Made by a program: the position numbers and the translations under genes. Below the pieces are notes generated by a model, which was not told the DNA's origin, did no database searches, and was given only the letters and a program-made list of their open reading frames with translations. From positions 64,464-128,463 of the forward strand of contig JAQGDQ010000612.1 of NCBI GenBank assembly GCA_030141605.1: a DNA stretch of 64,000 bases, in the 5' to 3' direction. This DNA is from Tubiluchus corallicola (taxonomy: Eukaryota > Animalia > Priapulida). Shown in pieces: positions 25,901 to 36,901 of this stretch (positions are counted from its first letter, which is position 1; each line of letters starts with the position of its first letter).

Positions 25901-28900
25901 CTTGGCATTTATATTGATAAGAAAGTAATGATATTCGAAAAATTTCTCTTTTATGTCTATGTCACAGCATTTTGTTTTAGTAAAAAAACTTGCCTGCCAT
26001 GCACAGAGCTGCTTTTATAGATCATTTAGGATAAAGATACTGTTTATTTGCTTTATTTATTTATTTAATTAGTTAGTTAGTCAGTCAGTCAATTAGTTAA
26101 TTTGTTTGTCATTGGAATTGAGATGGTTGATAACATATGTTTAAGAATTAACCTTTAACATACTAGAGAATGTAAAGTGAATTAGAAGAAGCGAGTGATG
26201 ATGCTGAGAGCATGGCTTTAAAGTTAAGCATTGCTGGATTAGTTAATAAATGGATGGGTAACTGTTGCACAAATCACATCTGTGCCGTTTCATCTATCTT
26301 GCTATTCCCGGATGTTTACCTTGTTGAGAGAGTATGTTATTGCTTACAAACATGCCTGAGGTACTGCTGCTGGTCCAATGACTTATGATTAATAATGAGC
26401 TAGGTTCCAGTACATTCACAACCTAGTACATTCATAAATAACTACCATCAGCATTAGTAGTTCCTGCATTGGCCATTGCTTACAGTGGGGTGTGTCACTA
26501 TTAAAAAAGATGTGGTTTTCTATGTCTAAGTAAACAGGCAAGCTAGTAAACAAGCGTTGTAAACATGTCTGTTTACAGATGTGGAAGTCATTCAGGCCGA
26601 AGAAGCTGAAGAAGAAGAAGAAGAAGAAGAGCAGGAGGAAGAAGACGAGTCGAAAGAAGAAGTGGTTCATGAGGAGGAGGTCCCTGTGGAGGTGAAGGAC
26701 GTGAGCGAAGGAGAGGCGCGGCTCTCGGAGGAAGAGGCAGACGAAAGAAGAAAGCGACCAGGCGGCGGCGGAGATGCCCCAACTGCTAAGAGAAGTAGAG
26801 TGTAAGTTTGGCTTCATCTGTTGAGTAAAGCTGGCTTCATCTGTTAAGTAAAGTTGGCTTCATCTGTTAAGTAAAGCTGTTAAGTAAAGCTGGCTTCATC
26901 TGTTAAGTAAAGCTGGCTCATCTGTTAAGTAAAGCTGGCTTCATCTGTTAAGTAAAGTTGGCTTCATCTGTTAAGTAAAGCTGGCTTCATCTGTTAAGTA
27001 AAGCTGGGTTCATCTGTTAAGTAAAACTGGCTTCATCTGTTAAGTAAAGTAACACCTGTGGCAGATTCAAAATTTTTTTCACTACTCCTGTATACACCCA
27101 TGTTGCAAAATAATGTTGCTAAATAATCTGAACACGAATGCCCTGGTTCCAAGCGAATAAACTGAGGGGCTTATTAACCAATAGGCTAACTAGGCTATAG
27201 CCTAGGGCGCCAAAGTTTGAGGGCGTCACGTTTTATAAAAAATTCTTATTCTCCTCGGAAAATGTGCATACTTTCATATTCACGTAAAGGCGCATTCTTT
27301 GACACACCACAGGCAGTTACTGAGTGAAACTTCTATATAAGTGCCACATAACGAACAGGTGCATGGTATTACACAACAAGCAGTTAGGCAGCCTGCTTGA
27401 ATATAAGCGGTATACAAATACATATAATTAATAATGACAACGTAGAAACCATGTTTACAGTATTTCTAATACACCACAAGTAATTGTTTAACCTGCTCAT
27501 TAGATAAACGACCATAAATTCACAATACAGATGGGCGGGACAGAACTATCAGCCTAGAGTGTCGTAAAGTGTTGACACGCCCTTGAATAAACTGCTTTCG
27601 TGAAGTTTGTTATTTCTAATTACAACACAATATTAATGCTGATTTAAATCATACAGAGCTAATTTGTTTTACAATCAGGAGCTGTCGCCTTCCTTAACGA
27701 TCCACCAGTATTTTCACCACCTGTGACAGCGTGACAATCAAGCTCGCTTGGTGTGGTCACAGTCATGTGATTTCAGCGTGACAATCAAGCTCGCTTGGTG
27801 TGGTCACAGTCATGTGATTTCAGTGTGACAATGAAGCTTGCTTGGTGTGGTCACAGTCATGTGATTTCAGTGTGACACCGTGACAGTCAAGCTCGCTTGG
27901 TGTGGTCACAGTCATGTGATTTCAGTGTGACACCGTGACAGTCAAGCTCGCTTGGTGTGGTCACAGTCGTGTGATTTCAGTGTGACAGCGTGACAATCAA
28001 GCTCGCTTGGTGTGGTCACAGTCATGTGATTTCAGCATGTTGCAGGTTAATAGCATTTTTTGCACTATACACTTTCAACGTGCAGACAAAAGTTTGCAAC
28101 TAAAATACTTTTAAGTTATGTGGCATGTATTAAAGCCTATGAGTCAAGGGGCTACAGGAGAAATGCCAATACCCTGTATAAATTCAAAAAACCAAAATTC
28201 ATGTAACTAATTTCTCCGATGATAGGAAGTGTCTGTTAATGTTTCTTTTTCATTGAGTGACGATGTAGTTATTATGGAAGTAATTTTCTGGTAGAGAATT
28301 CCACGGATAAGAAGCCCAAGGAAAAAAGGTGAAAGTAACAAAATTTGTTTGCAATTTAAGTAAAGTATCAAATGATTATGATAGGTTTTTTAAATTGAAA
28401 GCTAGTATTGAATTTTGCAGTCTACAATTATAAAATGTTTATTATAATATTGAAGTTGTAAATACCACAAAAAAATTGACCAACAAAAGCAATTATTTTG
28501 AGTTCAGCTTGGTCCTTTTCTTTCTTTGTTCTTTTTCCATTTGCTTCTCTCCTTTTTTCAGCTAAACTTTAGTATAACAGATTGTGATTTTTTTTCTTTT
28601 GTCACACTGTTTTAGTGAGGCACAGGAGATCAACGACGAAGAGGAATCGGTCGAAGAAGCCGAGTCGGAAGAGGTGCAGCTCACAACATCACCCTCAAAA
28701 CCCAAGCGGGGACGACCGAGAAAATACCCACTGCCTCAAGAAATGAAAAAGTATCCCAAAAGAACTACGTAAGTAAAAGATTACGAGTTTTCATAAGTTG
28801 TGTGCAAGGAACAAGTTATTACTTCCTGATAATTTGTATTAAAGTGCCAACATTTATGAGTACTTTTGTTAAACTATTTTTTTGATTTTTTTTTGTCTGT

Positions 28901-30508
28901 TGTATGAAGAATTGTAAATTTTGAACAGACTGAAAGGAATTAAGTTTTGCGTGCCTAAAATGTTCAAGGTTCTAAAACTTATGTTTCTTCTTCCAAGAAA
29001 CTTATATACATCGAGCAACCACTCAAGTTTGTGGTGACATCTGTGGTTCAAATTTGTAGATAATTTCTAGCCAAGATTCTTTGACCGTCTTCTTTTAAGG
29101 AAGTGAACAGTAAATTGTTAAACTGTTTAGTTTGGAAGAACTATGGTATATTTTTGTGATGTTTTGGTTTTTAGCTAGGTGGTCTTTTGCGTACATTTTG
29201 TTACACGGTGTTGCTAAGTTTGTTGTTGCTTATTTTAGTCGTGTGACGGCAGCACGAAATGGTGAAACCAGCGACGGAGAAGAAACGCCAGAAAGCGCCG
29301 ATTCCGCCTCTTACCCTTCTGGTGAAACCATAGCAGATGATGATGTTCAGGTATTTAATTTCGGGAAATTAAAGTCCTTTGTCGTAATTCCCACCCATAC
29401 GAAATCCAGCTGTTAAACTTTGAAGGCGAGAAGGTGTATGCCTGTATTTATTTTGATGACATTTTAATGTTACTAATAATACAGTTAAAAGAAAACACAA
29501 TCTTTGCCATTCGAGTCCTGTTAAACGCAAGAAAAAAGTTCCGAAGTAGGTTTCACAAAAATCTCCTTAAAAATTGTTGGTTTATAGCAATTTTAAGCAT
29601 ATATCACACTCTTGTCAAAAGTAATCGTTTGTTTTGTTAGTTTTCATTTTAAATCTCCCACGATACTTTTCCGACCACTACGCACAACGTAAATCAGTGG
29701 AAGAAAAGGCAGTATCAAACTATGTCCCAAAAACATTCCATGCAAAGTTATATTACTTAATATTTTGCTTACCTGCTTGAAAGACTTGTGTAACTAGAAA
29801 AGAAAATTCTTAGTAATTTAAAATGTTTTCACCGATTGGTAAAATGTTGTTGACTCACCCTCCAGGGTGTACCACTCACTAACCAGAAAACCTATTTTTC
29901 ATTTTATTGACAATATGCAGTAATATAAAATTTTGCTTAGTTAGTGAAGAATGCGCTACGAATACTCCAATTATGTTTTCAAACTTTGCGCAGTGTTATG
30001 TAAAATTGTTTCAAATCACTTATCGTCAAAATGGCTGCCCCTAACAGTCATCACAAAAATTTAAATTATACAGTGTTACTGCTATTACAAGCCCTGTATG
30101 CAGTATGACACAGCATGTGAGTTGTACAAAATTTCAAGATGAATTTTTTAAGCTTCATGTAAATGAAGAGTTTTCTTGTGCTTTAAAATAGCTATCGTGC
30201 TTTTGTGCTCATATAGTGCAGGTTATGTAATCAAATTACAATGACTGGTTATTTTTCACATTTAATAATAGAAAAGCATAAAGAATGTAAGCAACAAAGC
30301 TCTTAAAATGTTTGTTTTGCATGGATTAGGCATAGTTGATTTGAAACACAGTTTCCTGCATTACACATTATTATTTTCATAAGATTCATTTAAACACGTT
30401 TCATTTGCTGGATCACGTTAATGATATAAAGTGAAGACGTACCGTGTTTTTGACTTTGTTTTTATTTTTCTTTAGGAGAAACGAAGAACACGTGCGAGTC
30501 GTCGATGA
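3..30508 (+). CDS. PDS5: Sister chromatid cohesion protein PDS5 (HEAT-repeat cohesin regulator), 5'-partial, 28 exons in window
   Basis: Phase-consistent GT-AG exons: 3-129, 419-499, 1040-1180, 1764-1879, 2597-2691, 3101-3252, 3560-3711, 4587-4733, 5789-5886, 7625-7764, 8712-8924, 11267-11427, 12830-12953, 13713-13868, 14877-14945, 15401-15537, 16103-16226, 18874-19078, 19696-19810, 20791-20923, 22095-22217, 24753-24812, 25076-25179, 25790-25839, 26579-26801, 28616-28768, 29239-29350, 30476-30508 ([10 protein letters not shown]). Peptides such as [76 protein letters not shown] and [16 protein letters not shown] match recalled PDS5A/B. The acidic/basic C-tail has two AT-hooks. C-terminal exon boundaries are less certain. 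Confidence 0.96.
2783..3071. repeat. Minisatellite, 63-64-bp unit x ~4.5
   Basis: GTCTACTGTAC(C/T)CAAGTGACGG..ACGGACTGTACGATTTGTTGAGAGTG recurs at 2783, 2846, 2909, 2973, 3037. Confidence 0.92.
6913..7547. mobile_element. Non-autonomous hAT element with an internal 60-bp tandem repeat
   Basis: Termini TAGAG..CTCTA; perfect 8-bp TSD CTTATAAT (6905-6912, 7548-7555); 3 copies of a 60-bp unit at ~7358-7542. Confidence 0.75.
7840..7910. repeat. (TTA)n microsatellite; (TTG)n nearby at ~8026-8049
   Basis: Direct reading. Confidence 0.95.
9011..9513 (+). mobile_element. Internally deleted (bipartite) RTE-clade non-LTR retroposon, 503 bp
   Basis: 16-bp TSD ATTATTAGAAGAAGTG (8995-9010 and 9514-9529); (GAA)n tail; degraded RTE C-terminal peptide [35 protein letters not shown] (~9180-9350); RTE-type 5'UTR motif GTCAGGAAGGGCATCC. 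Confidence 0.88.
9039..9093 (+). ncRNA. Twister-class self-cleaving ribozyme motif (degenerate) in the RTE 5'UTR
   Basis: CAG-CCCA-ACTCA-GTGCCGG-TCCCAAGC-CCTGAT-AAA-TAGG-GAGGG aligns in register with the P1-type twister as I recall it from rice (UAA-CACU-GCCA-AUGCCGG-UCCCAAGC-CCGGAU-AAA-AGUG-GAGGG). Mismatches in P1, P2, P4 and the L1/T2 positions. Confidence 0.72.
10325..10455. repeat. 44-bp x3 tandem repeat
   Basis: TCTGC.CACCTGAACAC.GTGGGAACCA.GATAACC at 10325, 10369, 10413. Confidence 0.9.
11648..12333 (+). mobile_element. Kolobok-like non-autonomous element, copy A
   Basis: Starts TTAA-AGGACAAGAAAA, ends TTTTCTGGTTCTTT; homologous to 13962-14509(rc), 24166-24402(rc) and 29420-30186. 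Superfamily inferred from TTAA/AG termini only. Confidence 0.65.
13962..14509 (-). mobile_element. Kolobok-like element, copy B (inverted relative to A)
   Basis: The reverse complement of 14185-14335 matches 11957-12120 (e.g. CAGGGTGCGCCACTCACTAGC, CAGTAATTTAAAATTTTACTTA). Confidence 0.7.
16626..17230 (-). mobile_element. hAT (Blackjack-like) deletion derivative retaining the transposase N-terminus
   Basis: TIRs TAGGGTTACCATA / TAGGGTCACCATA(rc); perfect 8-bp TSD ACCTAACA (16618-16625, 17231-17238); ORF start [25 protein letters not shown] at 16785 resembles hAT transposase N-terminal zinc-finger regions. Confidence 0.9.
18226..18705. mobile_element. hAT-type MITE
   Basis: Imperfect TIRs CAGTCGCGGTTC / CAGTGACGGCTC(rc); TSD GGTATTTT/GATATTTT (1 mismatch). 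Confidence 0.65.
19101..19268. repeat. ~86-bp tandem duplication just after PDS5 exon 18874-19078
   Basis: TATTAGAC..ACAGTCTGATTACATCATTTGTAAACC..GAATGACTGATGTC occurs twice. Confidence 0.9.
19705..20289 (+). repeat. 147-bp x4 tandem array made of a PDS5 exon plus its 5' splice site
   Basis: GA|GTAAGT donors at 19811, 19958, 20105 and 20249; copies nearly identical (the last has small deletions). Confidence 0.95.
21205..21665. repeat. AAGTAC-rich complex tandem repeat (alternating ~57 and ~68-bp units)
   Basis: AAGTACTGAATACAA(G/T)TAATTTTTGTCAA..GTACTTAAAAAG recurs about 7 times; possibly a transposon subterminal array. Confidence 0.85.
22377..24165. repeat. Minisatellite, 59-bp unit x ~30
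   Basis: TTGAGTTCTGACTTCCCCGTGTTGCCTGCACACCCCCACAACTCTTCATGCTGAGCCAC repeated; it explains all ORFs in 22361-24179. Confidence 0.97.
24166..24402 (-). mobile_element. Kolobok-like element, copy C (truncated, abuts the 59-bp minisatellite)
   Basis: Matches the end of copy B (AACGCGAGTACGATATA..AAAATTGCT..AAAGTA) and ends TTTTCTTGTCTTTTAA. Confidence 0.6.
25463..25556. repeat. Dispersed ~90-bp repeat (possible LINE/SINE 3' end), second copy at 60861-60955
   Basis: AAAACACAGAAGCACAGCA..AAAAACACAAGG..ATAAAATCCCTGTC..ACAGAGTGGG.CACAACA is present at both sites. Confidence 0.65.
26802..27050. repeat. 23-bp x ~11 minisatellite starting at a PDS5 splice donor
   Basis: GTAAAGCTGGCTTCATCTGTTAA repeated; the first unit begins with the true donor GTAAGT. 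Confidence 0.93.
27164..27585 (+). mobile_element. hAT MITE, family copy 1
   Basis: TIR (C/G)AGGGGCTTATTAA / CAAGGGCGTGTCAA(rc); perfect TSD AATAAACT; homologous in inverse orientation to 60433-60841. Confidence 0.85.
27723..28036. repeat. ~49-57-bp x6 minisatellite
   Basis: GTGACAATCAAGCTCGCTTGGTGTGGTCACAGTCATGTGATTTCAG repeated. Confidence 0.92.
29420..30186 (+). mobile_element. Kolobok-like element, copy D
   Basis: Direct match to copy A (GACTCACCCTCCAGGGTGTACCACTCACTA etc.); ends TTTTCTTGTGCTTTAA. The left end is approximate. Confidence 0.65.
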
Positions 30509-32333
30509 AACGTCGAACTGTTTAACGGATGTACATTTTGATACGGCCTCTTGTTCATTGATGCTTGTATTAATGCACCTGACTTGTACTTCTTAAACTT
30601 GTTTATTCCTTTGTATAAATTTGATTTAGATCTCGTTGTCTCTCGGTACAATGGCAGTGTTATTGTTTATGTAGTTTGTCATTTTCAGTTCAAGTCGTTT
30701 TTTGAAAAGATTTCCACTCTTGGAATGTGCTGTGAGGTTCCGGGAGATAGTCCACTTATTAAACCTTTTCATGAATCAGTTAAGTCATCGAAAAAATCAG
30801 TGATAGATCGATTTTACTTTCATGGGTGCATTTTTCACTAAAAAGATCTTGACGTAACATCTTTAACTCTAAAAGAGACTTCGATCTTGGAAAGTTGCCT
30901 AAAGATCAGATTATGCAGTGGCGAAAGAGGGACAGTGCGATGCCCTGATGGCGGTTAAACACAACATACGACCATAATAACAGCTTACAAACATCCGTTG
31001 GATGTTTCATTTTTTTCACTGTTACACGTTCCCGTGTTAAACTACGAATTCGTTTTACGGATTAGAACTTTTGATTGATAAGAAATTCGAAATGAGCGCG
31101 CGATTGTCATTGTTGTTGCGCCTTGGCATGAAGTCTTTAATAAAGAAGGTATAAACTAACAGACAATGGTAAGATGTCATCATTCCGGTTGCCAACCATA
31201 CTTACAGTACTGGTAGATCGATTGCAACCTTGTGACTGTAATTGTTCTTTATCTAGTTCAAAATTCATGTTTCATAATGAAATTAAATTTTATTGACATG
31301 CATAGTAACTTAACTTGTTTTTTTTTTCTTTAATGAAGCATCCTTGAATAAGACCAGATTTTAAGATTATAAGTTTCCAATCATATGTTGGGTAGAATAT
31401 TTCATTCATGCTCGTGTCATATGTTGAACAAATACATTCTCTGCTTAAATAGTTTCTGTTCTGTTCGCTTCGTTCTTTATATAAGTTATGAGTGTTTGTA
31501 ATGCGGCAGCATTTAACTTAACGAGTCTTGAAATTACTTGTAGTGTGTTACACTAGTATAGTGTCTTTTGTAAAAAAATATAAATCCATTTGTATATTTA
31601 ATTTATTGTAAGTCATTTGGATTTTTGTTTGGTAGTTTTCATTTTCGTAACTTTGGTTTATGTAAATCGATAATAACACTGGTAAATTACCTGCAGTTTT
31701 GCACTCCCATTTTCACACATAATAATCATGAGAACACATTTAATAATATTTGTAATCAAAATTTTCTGATGGCATTCTGTTTTATTTTTAACTGCTGTTA
31801 GCCAAACCGGACAGAGTTAACCAGTGAAGGTATTGACCGATTAGTCTTGGCTATAATGATGATGGTGATGATGATGATGATGATTTTCATCATGTACTTT
31901 GAGTTGAACAATTAATATGAGCTCAAGCACTTTCGTAACAACTGAGCATATATGTAATAAACTAAGCATAAGCCTATGTAACAATGAGTACTGCTAGTAC
32001 CTTGATGAATCCATGTTGTTGGTCAAACAGTACCCCTTTTTCATATCATATATAATTTAGCTGTGGAATTGAACTCACGACCCTCAGAATAAAAAGCGAG
32101 CAAATTCCTGTTCCAAAAAAGTGCTACTAAGCACACTAATTCTGCATTTATACATATGTATTGGCATAGGCGTACTCCACCCCATGATTAAAAAATGCCC
32201 GGATGTCGGGGTTTTTATTTGGCGGCATGTAGAAATTTCTAGATTTCCTTTTATGAAAAATATTATTTTATTTTTTCATTCATTTGGCCTGTTCCCGAAA
32301 AATATGGTGAGTGTCTGAAAAAAATGTGTGTGC

Positions 32334-32499
32334 CCGAATCCGTACAGTCCCACCAGCTCCCGAATCCGTACAGCCCCACCAGCTCCCCTGGCTCCCGAAT
32401 CCGTACAGCCCCACCAGCTCCCCTGGCTCCCGAATCCGTACAGCCCCACCAGCTCCCCTGGCTCCCGAATCCGTACAGCCCCACCAGCTCCCCTGGCTC
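32334..32499. repeat. 35-bp x ~4.5 minisatellite
   Basis: CGAATCCGTACAGCCCCACCAGCTCCCCTGGCTCC repeated; may lie in a degraded hAT element starting CATAGGCGTA at ~32165. Confidence 0.92.
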
Positions 32500-33277
32500 A
32501 TACATCTGTTACAGAAGTGGAAAATTTCCAATTGTAGTGTTCTCCATAATTAATAGCAGTATTTACAAAAGATATTCACAATATCTGGTAACTTGCACTT
32601 GCAACGATGTTTGCAAGGACAAATAACGAATAAAGTGTATTGTATATATACTCTGGCGTTGGCAACTAGTCACCGTTATAGTCTCGAACCCAAGGCCAAG
32701 ACTATGATCACTAAGGGCGTTTGCAATCTGTGCTCTCCGTTACTGAACCCAGAATTAACGGAAACTCTTCTTCTTAGACGGTTTTAGACCAACTTCTCAT
32801 ATTCATTCAGCGGAGGAGTTCCGTGGTCTGCTGTATATTTTATGAAATGAAACGTACAGTATTTTGAGGGAAGTACTCTGGAAATGAAGTAAAACGTTAT
32901 TAAGTAAATTAGTTTTCTCTCTATGAGGTGCATTTTAATGTAGTTTTTACGAATTAACATGTAAACTGTTCATGTATAGAAGCTAATGCTTTATCTCCTA
33001 ATTCATTTACTTTCTAATGCAATAATTTAAATTTATTCTATTGCCTGACGATGACAGTGAAAAGCTATCGAATATTTTAGTAGCATATCTAATGTGATGA
33101 TTTCACCATTGGGAGTCTTTCATCTTGCTATATATAATATTATTTGAGCGTTTGATGTTCATCAACTAGTATAAATATTTTCGGGTTGTGCGCTTCCGGC
33201 AGTTCGTTTAAGTTGCGTTTCTAGAAAACTCGTCGCTGTGGAGACTCGACTAAAAAGAACCGACGGTAAGGCACAAC

Positions 33278-33306
33278 CATACATAATAAGAATATAATTA
33301 TCTATG
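33278..33306. mobile_element. 29-bp micro-MITE (TIR-only remnant)
   Basis: CATACATAAT..ATTATCTATG inverted ends (9/10 match) flanked by a perfect 8-bp direct repeat GGCACAAC (33270-33277, 33307-33314). Confidence 0.7.
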
Positions 33307-34269
33307 GGCACAACTCGAGATATTGTAACTTCTAGAACAAACCGTTACATGCAGAAAAATGTTTGAAATTCCTTCTAAAATGCCCTAACAAAATTTGTTT
33401 GAAAGTTTTGTGAACGTTTTACTAACATTAGTCGGCGGCAAAAGGTGAAATTTGATACTTTTTTAAATTTTAGCCTGCAATAAGTAACTGGTTTCTCTTG
33501 TTCTAAATTTCTGAAGCCGGGTTCCGATGGTGAAAACAATGTAATATATTCAATAGGAGACTTAACATAGTGCTATACATTGATCTGTTTTACTTATTAT
33601 GATGCATTGAATGTTGTAACAACGATAACAAACAGAACATGAATGAATGAAAATAAGGAAAAAGAACAAACACGTCTGGCAGTTAGCCAAAATTAAATTA
33701 AGCACTTGTTTGGGCTAGTAATTAAGACAAATTATAAACTTCAATAAAGTTACAGAAAGGTCAGCACAAAGTTGCTATAAATTAACTAGTTGAATTAGCT
33801 GCAAACGGGCTTTTAGTTACCAAGGAATGTTTTGACAAAAACACATACACTATTCGGAAAATTTTAAATCGTTAATTTTTTAATTTTTAAATCTGCACAG
33901 TGATTTAACGAGAAATATTATTATTCAATTCCATAAACTGCTTGTACGCATTTGAGTGAACTAACTTGGTACCCTTTGATAATAGACATAGGCCTACAAC
34001 ACTTTCGGTCCTGGCCACCTAACCACATTCTGACAAACAAGCCTACACCAATATTTATGAAATATCCTAGGATTTTTTATCTACTGAATCATAATAACTA
34101 TTTAACTATCATAATAATTTTGGGCACTATGCTGTGCTGTTTGTCTACAGAATTGAGAACCACTGATATTATTTATTAAAAATTAAGTTAGCATATTATA
34201 AACCTGATTATATAGACTAGACCTACCGTAATAACAAGAAAAAATCATGAAGGCGTTACAACTTAGGCC

Positions 34270-34644
34270 CAGGGACCGATTATTCTGTAGGATAGTATAG
34301 GCTGCAGCATAAGGCCCCTGAAGTTTTGGCACCAATAAGTAAAACATCTATTTCTCACTGCGGTTGTTTCGAAATATATATATATATATATATATATACA
34401 TGTGCTAACTTGGCTTGTAATAAATAAAAAAAATTGTATTCCTTAAAGACTACTTTTGTTGACATATTTTAGTTTATTTAAAGGAAATTGCAGCATGTTT
34501 ATTTCAAACTATGTAAATATCGCTAAAACATATAACGAGTAAAAATATTCAAGGCGGGCGTGGGGGAGTTAGAGGATGGCTTCGCCAGAGGGGTCTCATA
34601 ATTTCATTAGCCTAGTGGTCCCAAAAACTCATAATCCGACCCTG
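34270..34644. mobile_element. hAT MITE (older)
   Basis: TIR CAGGGACCGATTA / CAGGGTCGGATTA(rc); degenerate TSD CTTAGGCC/CGTATGCC; internal (TA)n. Confidence 0.6.
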
Positions 34645-36711
34645 CGTATGCCCTAAACATGTATTCACCAAAACGCCTACGTGCACCGGTGCTATGTAAC
34701 GAAGCTACGTACTACGGAGGCGTTTTACCTTGTAGGTACAGTACTAGTTAACTACCAACTGCTAACCAAGTAAACATACCCATGAAAAGCTTAAGGCTAC
34801 AACCCTCTATGTGGTTACGCCTGCATGGAAATCGAAGAACTCAGTCATTGCAAGTATTGAGAGTTTGGCGGTAAATGAACTACTGAACTAATTTTCAACT
34901 AGACCTGTACGGCTGATCATTTATTGTTAATTCATCAATATAAAACAAAAGCGGATTTTGAACTTAAAATGCTTTTAGGAAACATGGTTGGTTCTTTGGC
35001 AAGTACCCAATCACTGTTTTTTTCATTACCCTAGTTGTCTGTATGTAAGTAAAAACAATACAGGTAAAAATGGCACAGGAAAAAGAGCACAAATGTAAAA
35101 CTAAAATGCACTCAGTAGGAAGCAGTCCTCCCACAAGGTCAAACAATCCCAGACAGTCTGACTTTTTTTGACACGAAAAAACATAAAACAAAGGTGAACA
35201 CATAAGCGTACAAAAATATTAGGCCTACTACATAAATATTTAATTATTGTATTGAGTAGCGAAATATCCCAAAAATATTTTGTTTATAAAATGAAATTAT
35301 AATCAACAGTGCACGAACAGCCTGCTTAGTGTTTGTCTGCAATTCTTTCACTATATTTACATTGACAATATAGACTGACAGCTATACCGTGTTTACATAC
35401 TGAAGTTAACATAAGTTTCCCTCAGCACCATGGAAATCTGTTAAATAGTTTTTGCGAATCGGGTTAGCAGATAAACTAACAAATAAATGACGATGAAACA
35501 AAAACTACTTGCCTTTGATAGTCATAATTTAAATCGTAACCGCAGTTTTTATGTAATACTGATAACTAACAAGCGAACAAATAGCGTGAAAAATATAACC
35601 TCCATGAGAGTGGCAAAAATAGTTAAAATAATTATTACAGTAAACCTAACCCTAACTCATATTTATTAAGTATCAATTTAGCATTCCATATATGCCCTTT
35701 TTCTATTACCATTTATTTACTTCCATTTTACTTGTGCCGTTTTTACCGTGCACCGGTTAGTCTACATGCTAATCATTAGGCTGTTTCACTGCAGACTCGT
35801 TATTTTGTGACAACACATTCATATTTTTACATCTGTGTTAATTTTATAGATGAAAGATGAATTTAATCGAAGTATTCCAATTTTTCTTTAAATTTATAGA
35901 CCTTAACATAGTTTTCATGAATTCCACTTTATCAGCAAATCTTCATTATTACGATTTACGATCAGAAAAAATTAACCTAGAAAAGGACAAGTCAATTCAG
36001 CTATAATCTGCCATCACATCAAAAATTACCAAATAGTAAAGCACCAAGAAACACCATTTTGTATTCAAAAGTAATAAAACCTGTTTAATATATGATCTAG
36101 TGCTTAATATATAGCCGAATTTATTTCGAAAAATATCGCCACTGCAATGTAACTATTTTCAAAATGGCTGACTGGCTTTACTCCACCATCCATTGAAAGT
36201 AAAAATGCAAATTATGAGCAAATTAAACTAAGTACAAAATTCAAACTTCACACAATGCTGAACAAATATGCATTTGTTCGATAGGTTTAATTTGTAGTTT
36301 TAGTTTGACCGATTTCATTGAAAATTAGCAGTTAAAAATCTAAGTATTGGTTCCAATGAAGGCCACCGACTGTGCTTGATGATTTTAGAAAAACGCTAAA
36401 ATGTCAAATTTAAAAGAAACTCACGAATTTTCTTTTTTGCACTTTTGTAGCTGAATATATTGGCAACACGCAGGCGCTACTTAAAAATTTCAAACTCACC
36501 AGGCTTTTATAAAAACTTAATTAAAACATGAACTTTTAAAAAATTTTCAGGACAATCTCGAGTATTTTGCTCTGCAGGAAAAATACTAAGCGGGTATAGG
36601 CATGGAGTTTGATATCACCTTAAAGCCTGTATATTTGGCTACACATTGGTGCGATTTGCTTGGTAATACATTCTACCCAAAAGAGATATTAGAAGCTTAA
36701 AAGAAATATAG

Positions 36712-36835
36712 AAACACAAAATTAGTCGCGAGTCGTCAGTATTCGCTTCAGCTGTAAGTTGACTGCTTGTCGTGTACGTTCGCGCTCGCGCGTTGGGTAT
36801 ATAAGCAGCCGCCAACCGAGCAGAGAAAACATTCA
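36712..36835 (+). promoter_or_regulatory. Histone H1 promoter: H1/AC box, TATA box, putative initiator
   Basis: AAACACA at 36712-36718, GC-rich CGCGCTCGCGCG, TATATAA at 36798-36804, CATTC about 30 nt downstream of the TATA box. Confidence 0.75.
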
Positions 36836-36901
36836 CAGAGTGAGATCTATACGAAAGTTATTACAGTTGTATCTTTAATTCGTTGTGAAAAGAAGAGAAT
36901 C

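Noticed and set aside
32263-32626. Pro-rich / Gly-rich overlapping ORFs
   Set aside because: Derived from the 35-bp minisatellite.
36767-36901. N-terminal extension of H1 in the ORF track
   Set aside because: Non-ATG start upstream of the TATA box; the real ATG is at 36902.
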